A stretch of 64,000 nt of DNA from Candidatus Binatia bacterium. Lineage in GTDB: Bacteria > Desulfobacterota > Binatia > Bin18. The stretch's first letter is position 1. The number at the start of each line of letters is the position of its first letter. Under the pieces are notes generated by a model, which saw nothing but the letters and a program-made list of their open reading frames with translations, ran no database searches and was not told the origin of the DNA. Shown in pieces: positions 20,082-29,155 of the stretch. The stretch is taken from contig OY761159.2 of the NCBI GenBank assembly GCA_963664395.2, forward strand, positions 4,032,001-4,096,000. Direction: 5' to 3'. The position numbers were made by a program, and so were the translations under genes.

Positions 20082-22166
20082 ATGTCACAGCACGCCTACC
20101 GTCTCGGCATCGATACCGGCGGAACGTTTACCGACTTTATTCTGGCCTCGGCCGGCGAGGGTATCCGGCTGTATAAGACGCCGTCCGCCCCGCACGACCC
20201 GCCCATCGCCGTGCGTGAAGGGCTTCAGCAAATTGTGGCCGACCTCGGCTGTAGCGTGGCGGACTTTCTGCGGGACTGCGACCTCGTCATTCTCGGCACG
20301 ACCGTCGGGGTCAACGCCCTGATCGAACACAAGGGGGCCAAGACCGGCCTGTTTTGCACTGCCGGCCACGAAGACTCGCTCGAAATCCGTCTCGGCCATA
20401 AGGAAGACGGGCATCGCTATGACGCGGATTTCCCCCAGGCGACCATGCTGGTCTCGCGCGCGCTGCGCTTTCCGGTCGAAGAACGTGTGCTGAGTACGGG
20501 AGAGGTGCGTGTCCCGCTCAACGAAGCCGATGTCCGGCGCGGCATACGCCGTTTTCGGGAGGAGGGCGTCGAGGCGGTGGCCGTGTCTCTGGTCTGGTCG
20601 TTCCTGCACCCCGAACACGAGCGGCGTATCGCCGAACTGGTTCGGGCAGAAATGCCCGGGACCTATGTGACCCTGTCGGTCGATCTGCTGCCCCAGATCC
20701 GTGAGTACACCCGGACCAGCACGACCGTGATGAACGCCTATATCGGCCCCATCATACGGCGCTACGTCGAGCGCATGGAGGCGTTGCTGCACGACCTGGG
20801 CTACGCCAATCCGGTGCGTTATATGCAGAGCAACGGCGGCCTCACATCCGGACGATTCCTGGCCGACAAGGGTATCTACGCCCTGAACTCGGGGCCGGCC
20901 GCGGGGCCGAACGCCGGTCTGTTTTTTCACACTGGAGACCGGTCGCGCGACATCATTACGGTGGATATGGGCGGCACCAGCTTCGACATCAGCCTGAGCA
21001 AGGACGGCAAGACGAATATCGTAAAAGACTTTGATTTCCTGCGCTACCGGATCGGCATCCCCATGCTCCAGGTCGAGACCCTCGGGGCCGGTGGCGGCAG
21101 CATCGCCTTTGTGAACGGCATGGGGCTGTTGCAGGTTGGGCCGGAGAGCGCCGGCGCTCAGCCGGGACCGGCTGCCTACGGCCAGGGCGGACAACGCCCG
21201 ACCGTGACCGACGCCCTGGTCGTGCTGGGCTATCTGAACCAGGAGGCGTTGCTCGGTGGCCGGCTGCGGATCGACGCCGAGGCGGCCCGGCGCGTGATTG
21301 CGGCTGGCGTTGCCGGTCCGCTCAAGCTGGATGTCGAACGCGCCGCCCAGGGGATTTTCACCCTGGTGAACTCCAACATGGTCAGCGGCATTCGGCGTGT
21401 GTCCATCGAACGCGGCTATGACCCACGCGACTTCATGATGGTCGTTGGCGGTGGGGCCGGCCCGGCCCATGCCGGTCGGCTGGCCAGCGAGCTCGGCATT
21501 CCGACCATCCTCATTCCCAAGGTGTCATCCGCCTTCTGTGCGTTCGGTGAAATCCTGGCCGACATGAAGCACAGCTATCTGTCGTCCAGCGCAGTCCGCC
21601 TGGACGCTATGGACTACGCCCACCTCAACGACACCTTTGCGTCCATGGAAATGCAGGGGAGGCACGATCTGGGCAGCGCCGGAGTCGCCGCGGACGCGAT
21701 AACAATCTCCCGCTCGCTGGACATGCGTTACGTCGATCAGGTCCATGAGTGCCAAGTCGATATCCCGCTGGAAGACCTCTCGGCCAGCAATATCGACGCG
21801 ATTGCCGAGGCGTTTCATACCCGCCACGAAGAACTGTTCACCTATTGTGAGCGGGACAATACGGTCGAGATCATGAACCTGGAGTCCACGGTCGTAGGCA
21901 AGGTTGCCCGGCCTCAATTGCCGCCACTCGCCAGTGGAACCCCTGATCCTGCCCACGCCCAGAGCGGTGAACGTTCGGCCTTCTTTGAAGAAAACAATGC
22001 CTTTGTGATGACACCGGTCTACGACGGAGCCAGATTGCTCGTGGGCAACGTGGTCGTCGGGCCGGCCATTATTGAGGAAATTACGACCTCAATCGTGGTC
22101 TTTCCCGGCTGGCAGGTGCGGTTGGATGATCCTGGGGTGTATGTGATGACGGTGCTGGAGGGGTGA
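20082..22166 (+). CDS. Hydantoinase A/oxoprolinase family subunit
   Basis: GIDTGGTFTD, GTTVGVNA, SGPAAG, DMGGTSFD, GAGGGS, GPESAGA. Confidence 0.95.
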   Translation: MSQHAYRLGIDTGGTFTDFILASAGEGIRLYKTPSAPHDPPIAVREGLQQIVADLGCSVADFLRDCDLVILGTTVGVNALIEHKGAKTGLFCTAGHEDSLEIRLGHKEDGHRYDADFPQATMLVSRALRFPVEERVLSTGEVRVPLNEADVRRGIRRFREEGVEAVAVSLVWSFLHPEHERRIAELVRAEMPGTYVTLSVDLLPQIREYTRTSTTVMNAYIGPIIRRYVERMEALLHDLGYANPVRYMQSNGGLTSGRFLADKGIYALNSGPAAGPNAGLFFHTGDRSRDIITVDMGGTSFDISLSKDGKTNIVKDFDFLRYRIGIPMLQVETLGAGGGSIAFVNGMGLLQVGPESAGAQPGPAAYGQGGQRPTVTDALVVLGYLNQEALLGGRLRIDAEAARRVIAAGVAGPLKLDVERAAQGIFTLVNSNMVSGIRRVSIERGYDPRDFMMVVGGGAGPAHAGRLASELGIPTILIPKVSSAFCAFGEILADMKHSYLSSSAVRLDAMDYAHLNDTFASMEMQGRHDLGSAGVAADAITISRSLDMRYVDQVHECQVDIPLEDLSASNIDAIAEAFHTRHEELFTYCERDNTVEIMNLESTVVGKVARPQLPPLASGTPDPAHAQSGERSAFFEENNAFVMTPVYDGARLLVGNVVVGPAIIEEITTSIVVFPGWQVRLDDPGVYVMTVLEG

Positions 22167-22228
22167 GGTTGGCCAAGGCAAGCCCATGAAGCGGCGCGAT
22201 TGCTTGCACTCAGCGGAGGCGAAGCTAT

Positions 22229-22495
22229 ATGAAAACCACTATTGATCTCCCTGAATTGACATTCCGGCAGGCCAAGACGCTTGCTGCTGACCGGGGTGTA
22301 ACTCTGAAGCAATTCTTCACCGAAGCGCTTGAAGAAAAAGTCCGTCGCTGTGCTCAGGTAGCCTCTGAGCGCGAAAAGAGGGCTCCCTGGATGGCAGGGT
22401 TCGGCGAACTGTCCGATCTTTCAAGCGAGAACCGGCACATCCTGGCTGCGATTGAAGAGGAGTTTGAGACGCTGTCTCCTGAAGACCTGACATGA
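22229..22495 (+). CDS. VapB-like antitoxin
   Basis: MKTTIDLPE...AKTLAA (RHH type). ATGA overlap with the PIN gene. Confidence 0.8.
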   Translation: MKTTIDLPELTFRQAKTLAADRGVTLKQFFTEALEEKVRRCAQVASEREKRAPWMAGFGELSDLSSENRHILAAIEEEFETLSPEDLT

Positions 22496-22869
22496 TTCTC
22501 GACACGAACGCTTTGTCGGCATGGGCGGAAGGGCTCCCTGCGATTGAGCCTCACCTTCTGTCCGCCGACCGGCTGGTTGTTCCCAGTATCGTTCTTGGTG
22601 AATATCATTTTGGCATTCGCCAATCCCGCCACCGCCGTCGCTATGAAGTCTGGCTCTATCGCCGTCTTCCGCTGACCGAAATCGCCACCGTCACCCAAGC
22701 GACGGCCGAGGTCTATGCCGAGATCCGCCTGGAATTGAAACGATCAGGTAACCCCATCCCGTCTAATGACACTTGGGTGGCCACCCTCGCACGTCAGCAT
22801 ATTCTCCCGGTATTGAGTAACGATACCCATTTCGATGTTGTCGAAGGTATCAACCGGATTGCTTTCTGA
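22492..22869 (+). CDS. vapC: VapC PIN-domain toxin
   Basis: MILDTNALS, VLGEY, PIPSNDTWVA, SNDTHFD. Confidence 0.93.
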   Translation: MILDTNALSAWAEGLPAIEPHLLSADRLVVPSIVLGEYHFGIRQSRHRRRYEVWLYRRLPLTEIATVTQATAEVYAEIRLELKRSGNPIPSNDTWVATLARQHILPVLSNDTHFDVVEGINRIAF

Positions 22870-22900
22870 AATACGGCCGCCTCGCTCCACTAAGGATGGG

Positions 22901-23914
22901 CTACTGCCCCAACATTCCGGCCCGGTCGAAAATCCCTAACTCCAATCGGACCTGCTCAATGCGCGCCTGGCGCTCGCGGCGTGCCTGTAATGCCTCGTTA
23001 ATGGTGACCTCGTGGAAGCGGATGTGACAGCCGGGAGAAGCCTGCGCAATCAGATCGAGGTCGGCCGTGATGACCGTGCCAATGGTGGTATAGCCCCCGC
23101 CCGTCACCGCGTCGTTCAACAGGACGATGGCCTCCAGTCCGCCCGGAATCTGGATCGAACCGACCGGGTAGCCCAGATCGACGACGTTCGACGGGTCAGC
23201 ACCGGCACCAAAGGGTTGCTCGCCGGCGTTGAACTCGAACGTCGGGCCTTTGAGACGATAGCCGATTCGGTCGGCTTCGGTCGATACCTCCCATTCCGCG
23301 GTCAGGAACTCGGCCAGGCTGTCTGGGGTCACGCGATGGCTGCACATGCCCATGACGACCCGTACGTCAAGCTCTTTTTGTGGGACCGGGATAAGCGCTG
23401 GATCGAACGTCCGGCCCGGCATTGTTTCGGGCGAGACACAAGGCTGCCCCAACGGGAGTTGATCGCCGCCCGCCAGTTTCCTGCCGTCCAGACCACCGAA
23501 GCGGCCCAGCGTATAGGTGGACCGGCTGCCGAGCCGCTCGGGCACGGAGATCCCGCCGGCCACGCACACATAGGCCCGCGCGCCGTGCCGGACTCCGCCC
23601 AGGCTGATGCTATCCCCAGGCTTGACTGCCAGCGCCTGCCACTGGCCGGCCGGCCGGTCGTTTATGCGAAAGTCAATGTCCGCGCCGGTGACGGCAAGCA
23701 GGGTGTCCGCGGTCGCCTCCAACCGAGGTCCGGCATAGGTGACTTCGAGCCCGGCCGCGGCCTCGTCGTTGCCGACTAGCAGGTTGCCGACCCGGAACGC
23801 GAAATTGTCCAGCGCGCCTGAAGGCGGCATGCCGATGTGGTACCAGTGCAAGCGGCCGAGATCCTGGATTGTGGTCAAGAGGCCGGGATCGATGATGCTA
23901 AGCATGCTAAGCAT
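22901..23914 (-). CDS. pxpC: 5-oxoprolinase subunit C / carboxyltransferase A+B domain (KipA-like)
   Basis: TTIQDLGR, PPSGALD, GSRSTY, ADRIGYRL, GSIQIPG, TGGGY. Confidence 0.88.
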   Translation of the reverse strand: MLSMLSIIDPGLLTTIQDLGRLHWYHIGMPPSGALDNFAFRVGNLLVGNDEAAAGLEVTYAGPRLEATADTLLAVTGADIDFRINDRPAGQWQALAVKPGDSISLGGVRHGARAYVCVAGGISVPERLGSRSTYTLGRFGGLDGRKLAGGDQLPLGQPCVSPETMPGRTFDPALIPVPQKELDVRVVMGMCSHRVTPDSLAEFLTAEWEVSTEADRIGYRLKGPTFEFNAGEQPFGAGADPSNVVDLGYPVGSIQIPGGLEAIVLLNDAVTGGGYTTIGTVITADLDLIAQASPGCHIRFHEVTINEALQARRERQARIEQVRLELGIFDRAGMLGQ

Positions 23915-24782
23915 GGGCCGCTTCTTCCCGAAGACGTTTCAAGTAGCTCTCGGGAGCGCGAATATATTCGCCTGGACGAAAATCCTGTTCAATAATGCGG
24001 TAGCGATAGGTGCCGGCTTCGACCTGTGCGCGGATGTCGTTGTACTCATCCATATCAATCGGCCGGAATTGCCAGCGGTCCCCGGCATTGGCCAGAATAT
24101 AGCGCCCTTGGAGGTCTGGCAGCCGCTCCTCCGGGTCATACACGGGCACCGCAGACATGCCGATCATCTGATACCCGCCCGGCCCCTGCACGGGGTAAAT
24201 GCACAGAAACACGCCGGCATGGGCGACGGCGCGCTCAGGGGTGTCCGTGCGTGGGCGGATGTATTTGGGAGCCTGAATGGCTTGTTCAGGCGGGCACATG
24301 CGATAGCACCAGGCAGTGCCGGGCACGAAGCCGACCATGGAGATCCAGTACGGCCGGTCGCAGTAGGCGGTAATGAATTCCTCTTTTGAGGAATAGCCGT
24401 TCACCCGCATCAGGTATTCGAGGTTGGACACCGACGGGTCCTGATGCCGGTCGGCAAAGCGTTTGGCGCACTCCTGCGTCCAGGGATCGTCGAACAGTAC
24501 CGGGATATCGACCAGCCGGGAGGTGAGCGTCTCCGCGGACTGAATCTCGCGTTCGAGGTCCTTGAGGGTTCGGATCAGGGCGTCGGGATGGGTCTCTTCG
24601 GGACGGAAATGGACCAGATAGGAGGCGTTGGCCGGGCAGACCTCAATGACGCCGGGGAGGTGCCGGCGCTCAATCTCGCGACAGATTGACTGTAGTTTGA
24701 AGTTAATGGCGAGGTCCATTGCCTCGCTGAAGACCACCAGCAGGTATTCATCGCCACCATAGTCATACCGCGTCTCTGACAT
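23907..24782 (-). CDS. pxpB: 5-oxoprolinase subunit B / allophanate hydrolase subunit 1 (long form)
   Basis: GGDEYL, IPVLFDDPW, GFVPG, PKYIRPRTDTP, GPGGYQMIG. Confidence 0.85.
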   Translation of the reverse strand: MSETRYDYGGDEYLLVVFSEAMDLAINFKLQSICREIERRHLPGVIEVCPANASYLVHFRPEETHPDALIRTLKDLEREIQSAETLTSRLVDIPVLFDDPWTQECAKRFADRHQDPSVSNLEYLMRVNGYSSKEEFITAYCDRPYWISMVGFVPGTAWCYRMCPPEQAIQAPKYIRPRTDTPERAVAHAGVFLCIYPVQGPGGYQMIGMSAVPVYDPEERLPDLQGRYILANAGDRWQFRPIDMDEYNDIRAQVEAGTYRYRIIEQDFRPGEYIRAPESYLKRLREEAAHA

Positions 24783-24845
24783 CGCTCCACCTCGTTCTAC
24801 GCAACCGCTACTCCCTACCAGAATCGCTGAGGAGCCCTACGAACG

Positions 24846-25658
24846 TTACGCTCTCACTCGCTGTCGCAAAGGAAGAATGTCCGCATTCTCCGTATGAATT
24901 GCGCTCCGAATTTCTATCCCTTCCCGTTGTAAGGCGACATGCAGCCCGTCAAGTACTTCAGGCGCGTTGACAACATCCCCGTGGACGCACACGCTTTCTC
25001 CCTCAACGTCTATGAGGCTCCCGTCGGTGGCGGTGGTTTTTCCGTCTATGGCAAATCGCAGAACGAGCTCGACGATTTCTTCCACATCTTCGGTGCCATA
25101 CGAGCGCTTGACGGTAATGGCCCCAGTCCCATCGTAGTTCAGGCCCGGGTAGAACTCCTTCACAACCCGAAAACCCATTTTTTCCGCGGTAGAGACAAGG
25201 GGGAAATGGGGCAGGGCGGGCAGGTAGACTGTGAGGCCCGGATTGACGGCCTGAAAGCCGTCCAGGATGGCGCGGGCATTCTCCTCCGACTGTATTCCCC
25301 ACGAAAAGAATGCGCCATGTGGTTTGGCGGCCTGAAGGGTGAGGCCGTGCATTTCGCAGAATGCCTTCAGTGCTCCGGCTTGATACACCACATAATCTGT
25401 TGCCTCTTGATGGGTGATATTCATGAGCCGTCGGCCAAAGCCCATCAAATCAGGAAATCCAGGGTGGGCGCCAACGGTCACGCCGTACGTTTTGGCCCAT
25501 TCCACCGTGCGACTCATCCAGCTCGGGTCGCCGGCATGAAAGCCGCAGGCAATGTTGGCGTGGGAGATGCGCTTCATGACCTCTTCCGGTCGGCCCAGCA
25601 CGAAGTTGCCAAACGACTCGCCCATATCACTATTGAGATCGATCCAATTTCTGCCCAT
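24846..25658 (-). CDS. pxpA: 5-oxoprolinase subunit A (LamB/YcsF)
   Basis: IDLNSDMGESFG, ANIACGFHAGDP, GAHPGFPDLMGFGRR, KPHGA, CVHGD. Confidence 0.95.
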   Translation of the reverse strand: MGRNWIDLNSDMGESFGNFVLGRPEEVMKRISHANIACGFHAGDPSWMSRTVEWAKTYGVTVGAHPGFPDLMGFGRRLMNITHQEATDYVVYQAGALKAFCEMHGLTLQAAKPHGAFFSWGIQSEENARAILDGFQAVNPGLTVYLPALPHFPLVSTAEKMGFRVVKEFYPGLNYDGTGAITVKRSYGTEDVEEIVELVLRFAIDGKTTATDGSLIDVEGESVCVHGDVVNAPEVLDGLHVALQREGIEIRSAIHTENADILPLRQRVRA

Positions 25659-25673
25659 TGTGTCCTCCGTTCT

Positions 25674-26705
25674 TCAGTCTTGAAAATGGGGCATCACTGC
25701 TGTGGCAAATAAGCGCATGGCCCGGACGGTCTTGGCGTGCTCCGCCCCCGGATAGTGCATCCAGCAAATGAGATAGTCCATGCCCAGCTCACGCTGATAT
25801 TTTTCGATTTCCCGAATGCAATGATCCGGATCGCCGATAATAAACCGCTCGCGATGGGTTTCAAACGTGACCGTGTCGGGATTTTCCACAATCCGGCCGG
25901 CGTCGTCTCTGAGCGGGCGCACATTGGCCCATTTCCCGTACATGCCGCCATGGATGTACATAATGCCGGCCCGCGCTTCTTCTTCTGCCTGAGCGGTGGT
26001 TTCCGCCACATAGACTTCACGAATAACCGGCGTTGCGCTGGCCGTTTTGTGAAAACGGTCAAGTTGCTGATGGTAGAGCCGGTAGTGCTCTTTTAATTCG
26101 TTGATATGATGACGCGGAGACGCGACAAGAGCCGAGCCCCACTGAGCTGCGCGGCGTACACCGCCGGGAGTTGATGCCCCGATCCATATGGGAGGATGGG
26201 GTTTTTGGTGGGGCTTCGGCGTCACACTCAGATCTTTCACTGTGTAATATTGACCCGAGAACGAGAAGCTTTCGGTTGTCCAGCTCTTGATGAGAATTTC
26301 GAGTTCCTCTTCCATGCGTTTTTCGCGTCCGCGACGCTGCTCTTCGTAGCCGGCATATTCCTCAGGACGGTAGCCGGTGGCCACACCGAAGATCAAACGA
26401 CCCTCTGCAATCGCGTCGAGCACGGCAACATCTTCTGCGGTCTGAACAGGTCTATGCAGAGGCAAGAGGTACATGCTCGTCCCGATGGTGAGCGTAGATG
26501 TCCGGGCCGCCATTGCCGCTGCCGTGACAAGGAGGGAAGGGCACATGCCGTCTTCCATAAAATGGTGCTCGACCAGCCAGGCTGAGTCAAAACCGATGTC
26601 CTCGGCAATGACAACCTGCTCAAGCATTTCCCGGTAGAGCTCGGTATGGGTCTTGTCGGAGCCTGGCGGGGACTGCATCGAGAATGGGCCAAGACCAAAT
26701 CGCAT
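25674..26705 (-). CDS. LLM-class flavin-dependent oxidoreductase
   Basis: AEDIGFDSAWLVEHHF, AEDVAVLD, PKPHQKPHPPIWIG. ATG 8 nt after GGAGGAG. Confidence 0.92.
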   Translation of the reverse strand: MRFGLGPFSMQSPPGSDKTHTELYREMLEQVVIAEDIGFDSAWLVEHHFMEDGMCPSLLVTAAAMAARTSTLTIGTSMYLLPLHRPVQTAEDVAVLDAIAEGRLIFGVATGYRPEEYAGYEEQRRGREKRMEEELEILIKSWTTESFSFSGQYYTVKDLSVTPKPHQKPHPPIWIGASTPGGVRRAAQWGSALVASPRHHINELKEHYRLYHQQLDRFHKTASATPVIREVYVAETTAQAEEEARAGIMYIHGGMYGKWANVRPLRDDAGRIVENPDTVTFETHRERFIIGDPDHCIREIEKYQRELGMDYLICWMHYPGAEHAKTVRAMRLFATAVMPHFQD

Positions 26706-26743
26706 GGTGTACACTCCTCCTGGAGAGGCTGAAAACGTGAGGA

Positions 26744-26772
26744 ATTATCGCTCTCCGAAGATAGCCTGTCAA
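26744..26772 (-). promoter_or_regulatory. Sigma70 promoter of the LLM-pxpABC operon
   Basis: TTGACA-17-GATAAT on the minus strand. Confidence 0.75.
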
Positions 26773-26830
26773 TGTTAGATAGGCTGTCAACGTGAGATAG
26801 GCTGTCAATGTGAGATAGCCTGTCAACGTG
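26759..26830. repeat. 4 x 18-bp tandem repeat AGATAGSCTGTCAAYGTK
   Basis: Units at 26759, 26777, 26795 and 26813. Each contains TTGACA on the minus strand. Confidence 0.95.
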
Positions 26831-26929
26831 AGCTGGCCGTTTGTCTGAGGCCATATCCCGAGTCCTGACCTGCTGGGTGGAACGTCTCGAACAAGGCTGA
26901 ACAGGACAATGCCACCACTCAAGCAATAG

Positions 26930-27400
26930 CGCTACCCGCGCATAGACTTCCTGAACAACGGTTTTCTCCTGCTCGCTTTGCAAGGCTGCCGAGATGGTCT
27001 TCAACTCCCGGAAAAGGGTTGGCAGGTGGGTCGCGATTTCTTGCAGGATGACCTCTGTATGCCACACAAAAATACCCGCGTTCCAATAGTAGTCTCCGCT
27101 GTCTACATATTTTTGGGCGGTCGGATGATCCGGCTTTTCGACAAAGCGTGCGGTTGCTCGATCCAGTGGTCTGCCGGGAGCACGACCATGACTGCATCAG
27201 GGTCGCAGTGTTGAATATGGCACGCCGCCAAGCCAATAGCCGCCGCAGTATTCCTGCCTTGCGGTTCGGTAAGAATATGACTTGTGTGGCCAATCTCGTT
27301 GAGCTGAGACTGGACGGAAAAAGAGTGCTCTTGGCCGGTGACGACCCACAAGCGCTCTGGTCCCGCCTCCACCGGCAAAAATAACGGTATGCACACTCAT
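26930..27400 (-). pseudogene. Mannose-1-phosphate guanylyltransferase (ManC-like) remnant
   Basis: Three fragments in different frames: VIFAGGGGTR; RLWVVT...EPQGRNTAAAI...VLPADHWI; RFVEKPD...YYWNAGIFVW. Confidence 0.88.
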
Positions 27401-27497
27401 AACGGGGACGTTCTTTCTTCGCCCTTCAACGTTCTCTGAATGCTAGCGTTCTCTCTCCCGAAAGCAAAGCCGGAGTTTCGAGCAGGGGAGGGCTTGC

Positions 27498-28616
27498 CTA
27501 GTTTTGATGAAACGCTGCAATAGCCCGCACCACCTCTTCTTGCATAGCCGGTGTGAGCTCCGGATAGATGGGCAGGGCCAGACTGTGAGCCGCCGCGTAC
27601 TCGCTGTGCGGGAATGCGCCACGCCGATAGTGCAAAGATGTAAAACAGGGCTGGAGATGCATGGGAGTTGGATAGTAAATTGCCGCGCCGATACCGTGGT
27701 GTTGGAGCGTTGCCAACAGGGCATCCCGGCGTGTGCTTTGGAGAACAAACTGATGATAGATATGCCGCCGGTGCGAAGCCTCGACCGGCAGGGTAATCTC
27801 CCCGAGCCCGTGGGAGGCAAAAAGCCGGCGATACGTGTCGGCATTGCACTGCCGGGCCTCGGTCCAGGCATCCAGATACTGTAGTTTGACGCGCAGCACC
27901 ACGGCTTGGAGGGCGTCCAGGCGAAAATTCCCGCCCACAATGGCATGCTCATATTTGGCCTGGGCCTGGGCACCATGACTCCGCAGCTGTCTGACTCGTT
28001 GCGCGAGGTCTGCGTCATTGGTGGTCACCATCCCGCCATCACCATATCCGCCTAAATTTTTAGAAGGAAAAAAACTCAAACAGCCACAATGTCCCAGCGC
28101 GCCGGCGCGCTGGCCTTTGTATTCTGCGCCCACTGCCTGAGCGGCGTCTTCGATGAGAAAAAGATTCCGGCGCGCGGCAATCTCAAGAATCGGGTCCATG
28201 TCCGCCATCTGGCCGAACAGATGAACCGGGATAATGGCGCGGGTCCGCGGGGTGATGACGGCTTCGATCCGGGCCGGGTCCAGAGTATAGGTCAGCGGGT
28301 CGATATCAACAAAGACCGGCCGTGCTCCGAGGCGGGCAATACTCCCGACTGAGGCAAAAAAGGTATACGGCGAGGTGATGACCTCATCGTCCGGCTGAAT
28401 ATCGATAGCCATAAGGGCGGCCAGCAGGGCATCCGTACCGGACGATACCCCGATAGCATACCGACACTGAGAGTAGGCCGCGATCTCGTGTTCCAAGGCC
28501 TCAACTTCCGGTCCCAAAATGAATTGCTGAGAATCCAGGACGCGCTCAAGAGCAGCCCGGATTTCCTGCCGGATTGTGGCGTATTGGGCTTTGAGATCGA
28601 GCAGGGGGACAGCCAT
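27498..28616 (-). CDS. DegT/DnrJ/EryC1/StrS family aminotransferase
   Basis: SSGTDAL, IIPVHLFGQ, IEDAAQA, SFFPSKNLGGYGDGG, NFRLDALQA. Confidence 0.95.
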   Translation of the reverse strand: MAVPLLDLKAQYATIRQEIRAALERVLDSQQFILGPEVEALEHEIAAYSQCRYAIGVSSGTDALLAALMAIDIQPDDEVITSPYTFFASVGSIARLGARPVFVDIDPLTYTLDPARIEAVITPRTRAIIPVHLFGQMADMDPILEIAARRNLFLIEDAAQAVGAEYKGQRAGALGHCGCLSFFPSKNLGGYGDGGMVTTNDADLAQRVRQLRSHGAQAQAKYEHAIVGGNFRLDALQAVVLRVKLQYLDAWTEARQCNADTYRRLFASHGLGEITLPVEASHRRHIYHQFVLQSTRRDALLATLQHHGIGAAIYYPTPMHLQPCFTSLHYRRGAFPHSEYAAAHSLALPIYPELTPAMQEEVVRAIAAFHQN

Positions 28617-28766
28617 ACAACAGTCTTCTCTCCGCTCAGTATTGGTTCCCTTGGGAACGGTCAAGAGAGGAAGGCGTGAGCCGTAAATCTGAAACCTGTT
28701 TTGCGTGCGGTGAAGAGGAATGATAATCTGAATTATCAGAGACGTTTGAGTGTAAGGAATTATCGT

Positions 28767-29141
28767 ATGCCGTGTTTTTGGAAGCGCTCTCGAATCATAA
28801 CTGTTGCTGTCGCCGGACTGCTTGGGCTGGGAGGAGGATTCTCCGGGTGTACGCAGGAATCACAGAACCGGCTGAGTCGTTCCATTCAAAACTGGACGGG
28901 AACCAACGGCGTCCTGGACATCTATGCCGGAGAAAAGCTGGTGCTGCGTTTTATTGAGATCGATAAGCTCAGCACCGCGTCAGCAACCGGGGACGGAAGT
29001 GCAGCCAGACCCTACCGCTTTGGATATGGCTACGTGGACAGGAACCTGAATTTCCGGGTCGATGAAGGCGAGAAGAAAGTCTATTTCGAGTTTAGTGATT
29101 ACTCAACCAGCTATATTTTTTACGAGAACTACACCGAGTAG
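28767..29141 (+). CDS. Hypothetical lipoprotein
   Basis: Basic then hydrophobic N-terminus with lipobox-like FSGC. Start uncertain. Confidence 0.6.
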   Translation: MPCFWKRSRIITVAVAGLLGLGGGFSGCTQESQNRLSRSIQNWTGTNGVLDIYAGEKLVLRFIEIDKLSTASATGDGSAARPYRFGYGYVDRNLNFRVDEGEKKVYFEFSDYSTSYIFYENYTE

Positions 29142-29155
29142 CAAAGGGCGTAGGA

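Noticed and set aside
20085-21470. 461-aa antisense ORF (and 60593-61729, 378 aa)
   Set aside because: Shadow ORFs opposite well-supported GC-rich genes; no motifs.
26759-26830. CRISPR array or coding hexapeptide repeat (ORF 26393-27067)
   Set aside because: No spacers. The ORF is read-through from the manC remnant across a promoter into another gene.
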